Assembly: GCA_030390025.1 (NCBI GenBank)
Contig: CM059432.1
Coordinates: forward strand, 97,590,001 to 97,654,000
Direction of reading: 5' to 3'
Source of the DNA: Squalus acanthias
Lineage: Eukaryota
DNA: 64,000 nt
Shown: positions 24,209 to 37,400 of the stretch, piece after piece
Numbering within the stretch: the stretch's first letter is position 1
How the letters are laid out: each line of letters begins with the position of its first letter
Translations under genes and position numbers: made by a program
Notes under the pieces: generated by a model
Told to the model about the DNA's origin: nothing
The model's input: the letters and a program-made list of their open reading frames with translations, nothing else
The model's database searches: none

Positions 24209-26940
24209 TTATGATCTGAAATTGTTGAACTCTATGTTGAGTCCAGAGGGCTGTAAAGTGCCTAATCGAAAGATGAGATGCTGTTCCTCGAGCTTACGCT
24301 GCGCTTCCGTGGAACAATGCAAGAGGCTGAGTATGGTGAGGTCTGATTGGGAATAGAGCAGTGAATTAAAGTGACAGGCCACCGGGAGCTCGGGGTCCCC
24401 CTTACGGACTGAACGGAGGTGTTCCGCAAAGCGGTCACCCAATCTGCGTTTGGTCTCCCCAATTTAGAGGAGACCACATCGTGAGCAGCGAATACAGTAT
24501 ACTAAATTGCAAGAAGTACAAGTAAATCGCTGTTTCACCTGGGAGGGGTGTTTGGGGCCCTGGACAGTGGGAAGGGGGGAGGTATAGAGGCATGTGTTGC
24601 ATCTCCTGTGCTTGCACGGGAAGGTGCCGGGCGAAGGGGAAGGGGTGCTGGGGGTGGTAGAGGAGTGGACTAGGGTGTCGCGGAGGGAGTGGTCCCTATG
24701 GAATGCTGAAAGGGGAGGTGAGGGGAAGATGCGTTTGGTGGTGGGATCACGCTGGAGGTGGTGGAAATGGTGGAGGATGATCCATTGAATGTGGAGGCTG
24801 GTGGGGTGAAAGGTGAGGACAAGGGGAACTCTATCGTGGTTCCGGGAGGGAGGGGCAGGGGTGAGGGCAGAAGTGCGGGAGATAGAACGGACACAGTCGA
24901 GGGCCATGTCAACCACAGTAGAGGGGAATCCTCGGTTGAGGAAAAAGGAAGACATGTCGGAAGCACTGGTATGGGAGGTGGCGTCATCAGAGCAGATGCG
25001 GCGGAGATGGAGAAACTGGGAGAATGGAATAGCGTCCTTACAGGAGGCGGGGTGGGAGGAAGTGTAATCCAGGTAGCTGTGGGAGTCATTGGGCTTGTAG
25101 TGAATGTTTGTCAATAGCCTATCCCCAGAGATGGAGAAGGAGAAGTCGAGGAAGGGAAGGGAAGATTCAGAGATGGACCATGTGAAGGTGAGGGAAGGGT
25201 GGAAATTGGAAGCAAAGTGAATGAAATTTTCTAGTTCAGGGTGAGAGTAGGAGATGGCACCGATACAGTCATCAATGTACCAGAAAAAGAGGTGAGGGAG
25301 GGGACCCGAGTAGGACTGGAACAAAGAGTGTTCCACATATCCCACGAAAAGGCAGGCATAGCTAGGACCCATCCGGGTACCCATAGCAACACCTTTGATT
25401 TGGAGGAAATGAGTGGAGTCAAAGGAGAAGTTGATCAATGTGAGAACAAGTTCAGCCAGGTGGAGGAGGGTGGTGGTGGATGGGGACTGGTTGGGCCTCT
25501 GTTCAAGGAAGAAGCGGAGCGCCCTCAGGCCATCCTGGTGGGGAATGGAGGTGTAGAGGGATTGTACGTCCATAGTGAAAAGGAGGCGGTTGGGGCCGGG
25601 AAACTGGAAACTGTTAAAGTGGCGGAGGGCATCGGAAGAGTTGCGGATGTAGGTGGGAAGAGACTGGACAAGGGGAGAAAAAATAGAGTCGAGATAGGAA
25701 GAGATAAGTTCCGTGGGGCAAGAACAGGCTGAAACGATGGGTCTACCAGGGCAGTCCTGTTTGTGGATCTTGGGAAGGAGGTAGAAGCGGGCTGTGCGGG
25801 GTTGGGGATCTATGAGGTTGGCGGCCGTGGGGGGAAGATCTCCAGAGGAGATGAGGTCAGTGACAGTCTTGGAAACGGTGGCTTGATGTTCGGTAGTGGG
25901 GTCATGGTCCAGGTGGAGGTAGGAGGAGGTGTCGGAGAGTTGGCGTTCAGCTTCCGCTAGGTAGAGGTCGGTTCGCCAAACAACCACAGCACCACCCTTG
26001 TCAGCAGGTTTAATGACAATGTTGGGGTTGGATCTGAGAGAATGGAGTGCTGCAAGTTCAGAGGGAGGTAGGTTGGAGTGAGTGAGGGGAGCAGAGAAAT
26101 GGAGATGGCCGATGTCACGCCGGCAGTTTGCAATGAAAAGATCTAGAGAGGGTAAGAGGGCAGAGGGAGGGGTCCAAGTAGAACGAGAATTCTGAAAGCG
26201 GGAGAAAGGGTCAGCTGTACGGGGGGAAGACTCCTGGCCAAAGAAGTGGGCACGGAGGCGAAGGCGACGGAAAAAGAGCTCAGCATCGTGCCGAGCTCGA
26301 AATTCATTGAGATGGGGGCGTAAGGGGATGAAGCTCAGGCCTTTGCTGAGGACTGATCGTTCGGGGTCAGAGAGGGGAAGGTCAGAGGGGATAGTGAAAA
26401 CGCAGCAGGGGGTGAGATTGGGAGAAGGGGGGTCAGAGGAAAGTGAAGGGGAAGAACGTTCTGGAGGGGCGTTGGTGTTCAAGAGTTGTTGAAGCTTGCG
26501 ATCCTTGACATCAGAAAGGAAGAAAAAAAGTTTTTTGTTGAAGCGTTGGATGAGTCGAAGGATGAAATGGAACTGTGGGCCCGGACAGCTTTGAGATAGA
26601 GTGCGTCGGTGCTGCTGAAGAGAGAGGTCGAGAATGTTCATGTGGTGCCACATGGCGTTGAGTGTGGATCTCAAGATGCGGCGAGAGCAGTAGTTCGAGG
26701 AACGATGAATATCTTGGAGATATTTGTAATCCTGGGTGGATCCAAAACACGAAGGGTGGAAGTTTAGTTGGAATCCACGTGGAATAAGTCGGAACCGGAG
26801 ACAGTTGCTGAGGAAAGAGATGTGGCAGATACCTGATCAAACACGAGAAGGGAAACTGAAAGCAATGAAGATGAACAAGGTTGAAGAGACAAACGGAAAT
26901 CCCGTCGAAGAGAAGAGCAGAACTTCTTCAAGGTGGGCAT
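24209..26940 (-). pseudogene. Penelope RT / GIY-YIG endonuclease polyprotein with one N-terminal frameshift and one stop in the YIG motif
   Basis: 736-aa ORF 24464-26674 (KPADKG, LPKIHK, RPIVS, DVQSLYT, GVAMG, YIDD, FLD) ends LVYCIRCSRCGLL*. It continues in frame as IGETK..RFAEH to 24209. ATG at 26940. Confidence 0.92.
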
Positions 26941-27287
26941 TCCTAGAAGAGAGGTGGCAGTGAACCAAACACTAATACAATAGCAAAATACTGCGGATGC
27001 TGGAAATCCGAAATAACAACAGAAAACGCTGGGAAAACTCAGCAGGCCTTCATAGTCCCAGCATGGACCATTACCTTTCAATAGCACAGACTGGATTTGG
27101 CTCTGCACTTACTATGATTTTCAGACCAATTCGCAGGATAATGTGGGAAACGCACACCAAATGTCCAGTATTCACTCTCAGTTGGTGAGGAGCAGAAGTT
27201 TGGAAAATTACTCCTCAACCGTTCACTAACTATGTGAAATGTGAGAAAAACATATAAAATTAAAATTGTGATGGCTGGTCAAAGTAG

Positions 27288-27495
27288 CCATGATGTGGAG
27301 ATGCCGGTGTTGGACTGGGGTGGACAAAAGTGAGAAGTCGCACAACACCAGGTTAGAGTCCAACAGCTTTATTTGAAATCACAAGCTTTCGGAGCGCTGC
27401 TCCTTCGTCAGGTGACGAAGGAGCAGCGCTCCGAAAGCTTGTGATTTCAAATAAAGCTGTTGGACTATAACCTGGTGTTGTGCGACTTCTCACTT
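27288..27495. mobile_element. 208-bp Penelope-type terminal element with an inverted repeat and hammerhead motif (27379-27415, minus); duplicate copy at ~30436-30642
   Basis: 12-bp TSD TGGTCAAAGTAG (27276-27287 / 27496-27507). Near-perfect ~83-bp-arm inverted repeat at 27327-27496. Confidence 0.85.
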
Positions 27496-28732
27496 TGGTC
27501 AAAGTAGTTCTTTATGCATGAGCAGTAGCAATTATTTTCAGGCTTAGGTTCTTTCTGAATTGGGCCCAACTTGGATATATCTTGGCTTAATATGAACTGG
27601 CACAAGTTATTTTTCTTTTAAGTGTGGAAATCATTTGATGCTTTTTCTGACTGATATATATCATTTTTACTGAGTTTAATTCAGCCATTCTGTTATTTCT
27701 AGAATATAAAGGGTTGTTAAAATCAGTGCTTGTATACATTAAACAGGTAAAGTTTATTCTGTGATTAACATGTGAGCCAGCCTGCAATGTTTTTCTCTCC
27801 AATTCAGCAGAATGAGTTACATTAAAGGAAGTTACAGATAAGACAGGGATCTCTGTTAAATGCTGGAGTCACTTTCATGATGCAATGTTAGCATATTGCA
27901 TAGTTCAAAGATCAGAATAGCACCTTGTAAGGAATGATTGCCACTAACAATATATGCAGTATCATGAGGAATAGATCTTATTTTGAGTGTGTTGCTTTGC
28001 ACACTCCCTAAGTCTAATGATGCCTACTTAAATTCAGCTTAGTGTCTAACATTCTGTTCCTAGGTAGAAACATCTACTCACACATTCATTGCCCTGTAAA
28101 AGCTGTTGATCAACTTAGTCAGTTCCAATGAAAACAATCTCAGAGCTGCTCTCGCTCTGCCACTGTAACTTTACCAGACGTGCAATGGAGGCTCCATTTA
28201 CTTTTGAGTTCTGAACCATGGAAGAGAACGGTTTGGATACATGTCCTTATATGCCCTGACCTGGAGTTTCCGCTAGGTTGCACTGTTTTTTTTAGCGCAA
28301 TTCAGCCGAAATCGGCCAAACCAGCGCAAAAGATCACGAAATTTCAAGCGCAAATTAGGTCCAACGTAAATCGAGTTTCCGCGATCTTATGCGCTAATTC
28401 AAAAAAAATCGCACTGGAAGCTGGCCCCACCCACAAAACTGGTCACGCGCCCAAATCGAATTAATCACCATGGCGAGATTCCACTAATTGAGCCCGTTTG
28501 CGGGCCTTCAAGGAGGCTTTAAAAATTAAGCTTTTTTTTAGGCACAAGGGCACTAATAGGTACCTTTTAAAAACATTTGAATATTAAAAAATATTTGATT
28601 TAGTCAGAAACTGACTAGTGTACACCAATGAAACTAGCAAATGGTTCTGTATAGTTTTTTAAAGTCATTTTCAATTACTTAAAATCGGGTTACGCACAGG
28701 TGGTGGACTAGACATTGATTAAAAATGCTGTT

Positions 28733-30196
28733 GGCGGTTGGGGCCGGGAAACTGGAAACTGTTAAAGTGGCGGAGGGCATCGGAAGAGTTGCGGATGTAG
28801 GTGGGAAGAGACTGGACAAGGGGAGAAAAAATAGAGTCGAGATAGGAAGAGATAAGTTCCGTGGGGCAAGAACAGGCTGAAACGATGGGTCTACCAGGGC
28901 AGTCCTGTTTGTGGATCTTGGGAAGGAGGTAGAAGCGGGCTGTGCGGGGTTGGGGATCTATGAGGTTGGCGGCCGTGGGGGGAAGATCTCCAGAGGAGAT
29001 GAGGTCAGTGACAGTCTTGGAAACGGTGGCTTGATGTTCGGTAGTGGGGTCATGGTCCAGGTGGAGGTAGGAGGAGGTGTCGGAGAGTTGGCGTTCAGCT
29101 TCCGCTAGGTAGAGGTCGGTTCGCCAAACAACCACAGCACCACCCTTGTCAGCAGGTTTAATGACAATGTTGGGGTTGGATCTGAGAGAATGGAGTGCTG
29201 CAAGTTCAGAGGGAGGTAGGTTGGAGTGAGTGAGGGGAGCAGAGAAATGGAGATGGCCGATGTCACGCCGGCAGTTTGCAATGAAAAGATCTAGAGAGGG
29301 TAAGAGGGCAGAGGGAGGGGTCCAAGTAGAACGAGAATTCTGAAAGCGGGAGAAAGGGTCAGCTGTACGGGGGGAAGACTCCTGGCCAAAGAAGTGGGCA
29401 CGGAGGCGAAGGCGACGGAAAAAGAGCTCAGCATCGTGCCGAGCTCAAAATTCATTGAGATGGGGGCGTAAGGGGATGAAGCTCAGGCCTTTGCTGAGGA
29501 CTGATCGTTCGGGGTCAGAGAGGGGAAGGTCAGAGGGGATAGTGAAAACGCAGCAGGGGGTGAGATTGGGAGAAGGGGGGTCAGAGGAAAGTGAAGGGGA
29601 AGAAGGTTCCGGAGGGGCGTTGGTGTTCAAGAGTTGTTGAAGCTTGCGATCCTTGACATCAGAAAGGAAGAAAAAAAGTTTTTTGTTGAAGCGTTGGATG
29701 AGTCGAAGGATGAAATGGAACTGTCGGCCCGGACAGCTTTGAGATAGAGTGCGTCGGTGCTGCTGAAGAGAGAGGTCGAGAATGTTCATGTGGTGCCACA
29801 TGGCGTTGAGTGTGGATCTCAAGATGCGGCGAGAGCAGTAGTTCGAGGAACGATGAATATCTTGGAGATATTTGTAATCCTGGGTGGATCCAAAACACGA
29901 AGGGTGGAAGTTTAGTTGGAATCCACGTGGAATAAGTCGGAACCGGAGACAGTTGCTGAGGAAAGAGATGTGGCAGATACCTGATCAAACACGAGAAGGG
30001 AAACTGAAAGCAATGAAGATGAACAAGGTTGAAGAGACAAACGGAAATCCCGTCGAAGAGAAGAGCAGAACTTCTTCAAGGTGGGCATTCCTAGAAGAGA
30101 GGTGGGAGTGAACCAAACACTAATACAATAGCAAAATACTGCGGAAGCTGGAAATCCGAAATAACAACAGAAAACGCTGGAAAAACTCAGCAGGCC
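28733..30196 (-). mobile_element. Duplicated 5' half of the Penelope element
   Basis: Copy of 25585-27048 with a new stop at 29445. Confidence 0.92.
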
Positions 30197-31126
30197 TTCA
30201 TAGTCCCAGCATGGACCATTACCTTTCAATAGCACAGACTGGATTTGGCTCTGCACTTACTATGATTTTCAGACCAATTCGCAGGATAATGTGGGAAACG
30301 CACACCAAATGTCCAGTATTCACTCTCAGTTGGTGAGGAGCAGAAGTTTGGAAAATTTCTCCTCAACCGTTCACTAACTATGTGAAATGTGAGAAAAACA
30401 TATAAAATTAAAATTGTGATGGCTGGTCAAAGTAGCCATGATGTGGAGATGCCGGTGTTGGACTGGGGTGGACAAAAGTGAGAAGTCGCACAACACCAGG
30501 TTAGAGTCCAACAGCTTTATTTGAAATCACAATCTTTCGGAGCGCTGCTCCTTCGTCAGGTGAAGGAGCAGCGCTCCGAAAGCTTGTGATTTCAAATAAA
30601 GCTGTTGGACTATAACCTGGTGTTGTGCGACTTCTCACTTTTGGTCAAAGTAGTTCTTTATGCATGAGCAGTAGCAATTATTTTCAGGCTTAGGTTCTTT
30701 CTGAATTGGGCCCAACTTGGATATATCTTGGCTTAATATGAACTGGCACAAGTTATTTTTCTTTTAAGTGTGGAAATCCATTTGATGCTTTTTCTGACTG
30801 ATATATATCATTTTTACTGAGTTTAATTCAGCCATTCTGTTATTTCAAGAATATAAAGGGTTGTTAAAATCAGTGCTTGTATACATTAAACAGGTAAAGT
30901 TTATTCTGTGATTAACATGTGAGCCAGCCTACAATGTTTTTCTCTCCAATTCAGCACAATGAGTTACATTAAAGGAAGTTACAGATAAGACAGGGATCTC
31001 TGTTAAATGCTGGAGTCACTTTCATGATGCAATGTTAGCATATTGCATAGTTCAAAGATCAGAATAGCACCTTGTAAGGAATGATTGCCATTAACAATAT
31101 ATGCAGTATCATGAGGAATAGATCTT

Positions 31127-31867
31127 GGCCCAGAAATTGATCTCGCTCTGTTCCCGCGGGGGTAAGGCTTCCCCGCGATGTCTCACCTCGCTTGTGCTTT
31201 TTCAGATCCAGCTCGCACGAACTTGATGTTCCAGACATCAGCTGTGCTGGGCTTGCGTATCCCAGCGGCGTAGTGAATTCGTGCGAGCTGTGGGATCACG
31301 TGACTCAGTTAGAGCCAATGGCAGCACACCATCTTCCATTCATAAGTTTCACAGACCTGCTGTGAAATCTATGAATCTTACACCCCCCCAAAATAACAGC
31401 TAAACCTCAATTAAATAAAAAAAAACCATCACATTAATAAAATAAGTATAGTTAATTAAATTAACCATTTTAAATAAAAAATTAAATTTTTGAAAAAATT
31501 TAAAATCTTTTAAAAAGTTATAAAAATAAACTTACCTGTCTTTAAAGTCTATAAAAAAGATATACCTGTAAAAAAAAATTCAAAAAAATACTTAATTCAC
31601 TACTTACCTTCTTAAAAGCGGGTCTTACTCCTCCTTTTTACATTTCCAAAATCTTCAGTACTTACCTGCGCGTCCAAAGCATGAAGTGCACAGCGTGCGC
31701 GCAGCCTGTAGCGCGCACGCGATGCACCCAAGACCCGCCCCCTTTTCAGAAGAGCAATTGCCGGTTTTCAGCGCATGCGCAGGGCATGCAGAAAACCGGC
31801 AATTGGAGTGGGAATACGCGAGAGTACGCAGTGCGTACTCTCGCGTCCCGGGATCAAGTTTCGGCCC
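31127..31867. mobile_element. 741-bp MITE (Harbinger-type, 3-bp TSD), present only in duplication unit 2
   Basis: The empty site GATCTT|ATTTTGAG is in unit 1 (~27974-27987). The filled site has TSD CTT and imperfect 19-bp TIRs (14/19). Confidence 0.92.
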
Positions 31868-32148
31868 CTTATTTTGAGTGTGTTGCTTTGCACACTCCCT
31901 AAGTCTAATGATGCCTACTTAAATTCAGCTTAGTGTCTAACATTCTGTTCCTAGGTAGAAACATCTACTCACACATTCATTGCCCTGTAAAAGCTGTTGA
32001 TCAACTTAGTCAGTTCCAATGAAAACAATCTCAGAGCTGCTCTCGCTCTGCCACTGTAACTTTACCAGACGTGCAATGGAGGCTCCATTTACTTTTGAGT
32101 TCTGAACCATGGAAGAGAACGGTTTGGATACATGTCCTTATATGCCCT

Positions 32149-32883
32149 GACCTGGAGTTTCCGCTAGGTTGCACTGTTTTTTTTAGCGCAATTCAGCCGA
32201 AATCGGCCAAACCAGAGCAAAAGATCACGAAATTTCAAGCGCAAATTAGGTCCAACGTAAATCGAGTTTCCGCGATCTTATGCGCTAATTCAAAAAAAAT
32301 CGCACTGGAAGCTGGCCCCACCCACAAAACTGGTCACGCGCCCAAATCGAATTAATCACCATGGCGAGATTCCACTAATTGAGCCCGTTTGCGGGCCTTC
32401 AAGGAGGCTTTAAAAATTAATCTTTTTTTTAGGCACAAGGGCACTAATAGGTACCTTTTAACAACATTTGAATATTAAAAAATATTTGATTTAGTCAGAA
32501 ACTGACTAGTGTACACCAATGAAACTAGCAAATGGTTCTGTATAGTTTTTTAAAGTCATTTTCAATTACTTAAAATCGGGTTACGCACAGGTGGTGGACT
32601 AGACACTGATTAAAAATGCTTATTTTTTGTGATAAACCCATTTTCAACAAGTTACCACTTTTAAATATATGAAGGAAAATTTTTTGAAACAAAATCTTAA
32701 AAAAAAAATTACCTTCTAAAACGCTGCCTGATTGCACTGGTTGATGGCAGATTTTGCCTTCGGCGATATGCAAATGAGTTTGAGGGAAAACTCGGGGCAG
32801 AAAACACTTTTCAAAGCGAGCGCAATTTTGGGAGCAATTTGCACTGGAAATGCCGATTGCGCCCAAAGTGGAAACTCAAACCC
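32149..32883. mobile_element. Harbinger-type MITE (truncated duplicate at 28258-28729)
   Basis: Imperfect TIRs GACCTGGAGTTTCCGCT / AGTGGAAACTCAAACCC. TSD not matched. Confidence 0.6.
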
Positions 32884-32920
32884 TATGTTTTAAAATGCTG
32901 CCTTACTTATTGTTTAAGTC

Positions 32921-33235
32921 GGGCAACACGGTGGCATAGTGGTTAGCACAGTTGCCTCACAGCGCCAGAGACCCGGGTTCGAATCCGGCCTTGGGTGACT
33001 GTCTGTGTGGAGTTTGCGTATTCTCCCCGTGTCTGCGTGGGTTTCCTCCGGGTGCTCTGCTTTCCTCCCACAGTCCAAAGATATGCAGATTAGGTTGATT
33101 TGGCTATGATAAATTGACCCTTAGTGTTAGGGGGGATTAAATACGTGGGGTTACGGGGATAGGGTGGGATATGTGTCGGTGCAGGCTCGATGGGCCGAAA
33201 TGGCCTCTATCTGCACTGTGGGGATTCTGTGTGAT
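32921..33235 (+). mobile_element. HE1-like tRNA-derived V-SINE
   Basis: A box TGGCATAGTGG, B box GGTTCGAATCC, V-domain-like core, CR1-type 3' tail. Confidence 0.88.
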
Positions 33236-33253
33236 TTATTATTTATTTATTCG

Positions 33254-33702
33254 ATACCATCCAGGACAAAGCAGCCTGTTTGTTTGGCACCCCATCCAAC
33301 ACCTTAAACATTTACGCCCTCCACGACTGGCGTACCGTGGCTGCAGTGTGTACAATCTACAAGATGCACTGCAGCAACTCGCCAAGGCTTCTTCGGCAGC
33401 ACCTCCCAAACCCGCGACATCTTCCACCTAGAAGGACAATGGCAGCAGGTGCATGGGAACACCACCACCTCCAAGTTCCCTCCAAGTCACACACCATCCC
33501 GACTTAGAAGTATATCGCCGATCCTTCATCGTCGCTGGGTCAAAATCCTGGAACTCCCTACCCAACAGCACTGTGGGAGTACCTTCACCACATGGACTGC
33601 AGCGGTTCAAGAAGGTGGCTCACCACCACCTTCTCAAGGGCAATTAGGGATGGGCAATAAATGCTGGCCTTGCCAGCGACGCCCACATCCCATAAACGAA
33701 TA
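33254..33702 (+). mobile_element. 3' fragment of the APE-RT LINE family
   Basis: DTIQDKAA..GTPS, SWNSLP..RFKK motifs and 3' UTR GGGATGGGCAATAAATGCTGGCC. Confidence 0.8.
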
Positions 33703-34431
33703 ATTAAAAAAATATGTAATGCTGGGAAAGGTGGGACCATAGGTTTATTGTATTTGAGGGGGAACACATACACTTTTTTTTTAAGAGGAAAGCAGTGTAA
33801 TGTATTATCACGTGGTTTGGTATTTGCATGCTCAGTTCACTCTGGCCTAATAAACAAGCACATGGATTAGCAACTCATCGTGACTCTGTCCTTCATTTGT
33901 TCTACCCAGGTATATTATAGTGATCAACTTATCTGACTGCAGTACCAGTAAACGCAACCCCAATTCCAAATTCACCAATAATCCCACACCTTACCTTCCC
34001 TCTATTACTGACAATCAGAGCATCCTCTTGGCCACAATGCTGAAATAAAAGCCACCACAAAATAAAGATTCCAAAAAAATGCCATGAATCAAACCATTAC
34101 AATATTTCATTCAAAAGTCAACTAATCATGCTGGTGCATTCCCTTAGTGCTTGTCTTCAGTCTGCCTTTTCTATACAGTGCTAACCCAGTGGCTGCAGCA
34201 CGACTGATGGAAGGCTGCTTACTTTCAGTGGGGGAGATTGCAGATGGCCTTGCAGGGTGACCACGAAACTCTAGGCCTAGAAAGCACGGCTGTAGACTGC
34301 AAAACCTCGGCATGGGCGGCAGCAGTCTCAGCTGGTTGGCTGTCAGGCAAGGGCACTGGTGGATTGGCAGTGGTGTGAGGACGAACGCTATCATCCTGAG
34401 AGAGGACAGCAGGTTCATCCTCCACGGAGCC

Positions 34432-37400
34432 ATAGAGTCATAATGGCACAGAAAGAGGACGTTCAGCCCATCGAGTCCGTGCCAGCTCTCTGTAGAGCAA
34501 TCCAGTCAGTCCCATTCCCCCGCTCTATCCCTGTAGCCCTGCAAGTTTATTTCCCTCAAGTGCCTATCCAGTCTCCCCTTGAAAACATTGAGTGTCTCCG
34601 CTTCCACCACTTCTGTTGGCAGCGAGTTCCAGGTCCTCACCACTTGCTGCGTAAAAAAGTTTTTCCTCAGATCCCCACTGTATCTCTTGCCCAAAATCTT
34701 AAATCTGTGTCCCTTAGTCCTTGTACCATCAACTAGGGGGAACAGCCTTTCCCCGTCTAGCCTATTCAAACCCATCATAATCTTGTACACCTCTATCAAA
34801 TCACCCCTCAACCTCCTTTGCTCTAATGAAAACAAATCCAGCTACTTCAACCTGTCCTTGTAGCTCAGATCCCCCATCCCCGGAACCATTCTGGTAAATC
34901 TCCTCTGCACCCTCTTAAGGGCCTTCACATCCTTCCTAAGTGTGGTGACCAGAACTGGATGCAATACTCCAGTTGTCGCCTAACCAGTGCTTTATAAAGG
35001 TTCAGCATAACTTCTCTACTTTTGTACTCAATACCTCTATTTATGAAACCCAAGATCTCATATGCTTTGCTAACCTCTCTCTCAATATGTCCTGCCACCT
35101 TCAGGGACCTATGCACATTAACTCCCAGGTCCGTCTGTCCCTGCACACTCTTTAAAACTGTGCCAATAAGTGTATATTGCCTCTCCCTGTTCCTTCTGCC
35201 AAAATGCATCACCCACACATCTCTGTATTAAATTCCATCTGCCACTTGTCTGCCCATTCTGCTAGCCTTTCTATGTCCTGTTGCAGTCGATTCGTACCAT
35301 CCTCACTGTTTGCCACACCCCCAAGTTTGGTGTCATTGGCAAATTTAGAAATTCTACTTTGTATTCCAATATCCAGGTCATTTATATATATCAAAAAAAG
35401 CAGAGGCCCCAGCACTGACCCTTGGGGAACACCACTGTTTACCATCCTCCAATCTGAAAAACAGCCATTAACCACAACTCACTGTTTTCTGTCATTAAGC
35501 CAATTCCTTAGCCAAGCTGCCACTGACCCACCTATTCCGTTAACCTCAATCTTGTTAACCAGCCTTCTATGTGGTACTTTGTCAAACACCTTCCGAAAAT
35601 CCATGTAGACAACATCCATTGCATTCCCTTCATCAATCCTTCCTGTTACTTCATCAAAAAATTCAATTAGATTAGTCAAACATGATCTGCCTTTTACAAA
35701 TCCGTGTTGGCTCGCCTTAATTAGCTTAAACCTTTCCAAGTGCCCATTAATATTTTCCTTGATTATTGTTTCTTAAACTTTACCCACCACTGATGTTAAA
35801 CTGACCGGCCTGTAGTTACTAGGATTGTCCTTACACCCTTTCTTGAACAATGGTGTCACATTTGCCACTTTCCAATCCTCAGCCACCTCCCCCGCATCTA
35901 GGGAAGATTGGAAAATTATGGCAAGCCCTTCCGCTATCTCCTCCCCCAATTCCCTTAGCAACCTGGGATGCAAGCCATCTGGACCAGACGACTTATGCAC
36001 TCTAAGCATACCCAGCCTTTTTCGTACATCCTGCCTATCAATTTTCACCTCTTCCATTGCTTCTACCTTTTCCACTGCGACTGATATTTTGTCAGCATCC
36101 ACCTCCTTAGTAAACACCGATACAAAGTACTCATTGAGTATTCTAGCCTTGCCCTGCGCCTCTAAGCATATATCACCTTCTTTGTCGCTAATAGGCCCCA
36201 CCCCGCCTCTTACTACCCGTTTACTGTTTACATGCCGGTAGAAGATTTTTGGGTTCCCTTTTATGTTAACCGCCATTCTACTCTCATATTCTCTCTTTGC
36301 CAATCTTATTTTCATCTTCACTTCCCTTCTCAACTTATTGTATTTGGTCTGGTTCTCCCTTGAATAATTCACCTGACATGCATCATGCACCCTCTTTTTT
36401 TGTTTCATCATCTTTTCTATCTCCCTCCTCATCCAAGGAGCCCTTGCTTTGCTTCCCTTATCCTTCCCTCTTGTTGGAATGTACCTAGCCTGTACTGGGA
36501 ACATCTCTTCCTTAAAGATCACCCATTGTTCCGCTACAGTTTTTCCTGGCAGTCTTTGGTTCCATTTTACCCTGGCTAGATCCTTTCGCATCCCATTGAA
36601 GTTAGCCCTATTCAGTTTAGAAGTTCCACTCTAGATTGTTCCTTGCTCCTCTCCATTGCTAATCTAAATCTTATGATATGATGATCACTCGTACACAAGT
36701 GTTCTCCCTCAGACACTTGGTCGACTTGGCCCACCTCATTCCCCAGCACCAGATCCAGCAATGCCTCCTTCCTAGTTGGGCCAAGAACATGCTGGTCAAG
36801 GAAATTCTCCTGAACACATTTCAGAAATTCCTCCCCCTCCTTTCCTTTTACCCTAGCATCACCCCAATCGATATTTGGGTAATTTAAGTCCCCCCAATAT
36901 CGCCACTCTATAGCTCTTGCACATCTCTGTGATTTCCCTGCAGATTTGCTCTTCTACCTCCCTCTCACTATTTGGAGGCCTATAGAATACCCCCAATAGC
37001 GTGATCATACCCTATTTGCTCCTCAACTCTAACCAAATGGATTCTGTCCTCGTCCCCTCAAGAACATCCTCACTTTCCAACACTACAATGTCTTCCTTAA
37101 TCAGCACTGCCACCCCACCCCCTTTTTTTCCATCCCTATCTTTTCTGAACACCTTAAACCCTTGAATATTACGTGCCCAGTCCTCACCGTTTTTAAGCCA
37201 CGCTTCCGTTATTGTCACAACATCATATTGCCACATGGATAATCGTGCTTGTAGCTCACCAACCTTATTCACCACACATTGTGCGTTTACGCACATGCAT
37301 TCTAAACCCATTCTTGAATTTTTCGTAGACTTTCTTACGCTGCTCCTATCTAATGTGGTACTACTTCCGCCTCTGGTACTACTTTCTTCTCTAGTACTAT

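Larger units (their letters stand above)
23794..27048 (-). mobile_element. Penelope-like retroelement, near full length, with partial pseudo-LTR direct repeat
   Basis: RT + GIY-YIG ORF. Direct repeat AAATAACAACAGAAAACGCTGG..CTCAGCAGGCC at 23794-23831 and 27011-27048. Confidence 0.95.
25585..32620. repeat. Recent tandem duplication of ~3.15 kb (unit 1 25585-28729, unit 2 28733-32620 including a MITE insertion)
   Basis: Near-identical ORFs at offset 3148 (25763/28911, 26511/29659). Junction filler GTT at 28730-28732. Confidence 0.95.

Noticed and set aside
32921..32995. tRNA gene
   Set aside because: It is the head of a SINE that continues into the V-like domain and LINE tail; likewise 20655-20745 and ~59170-59240.
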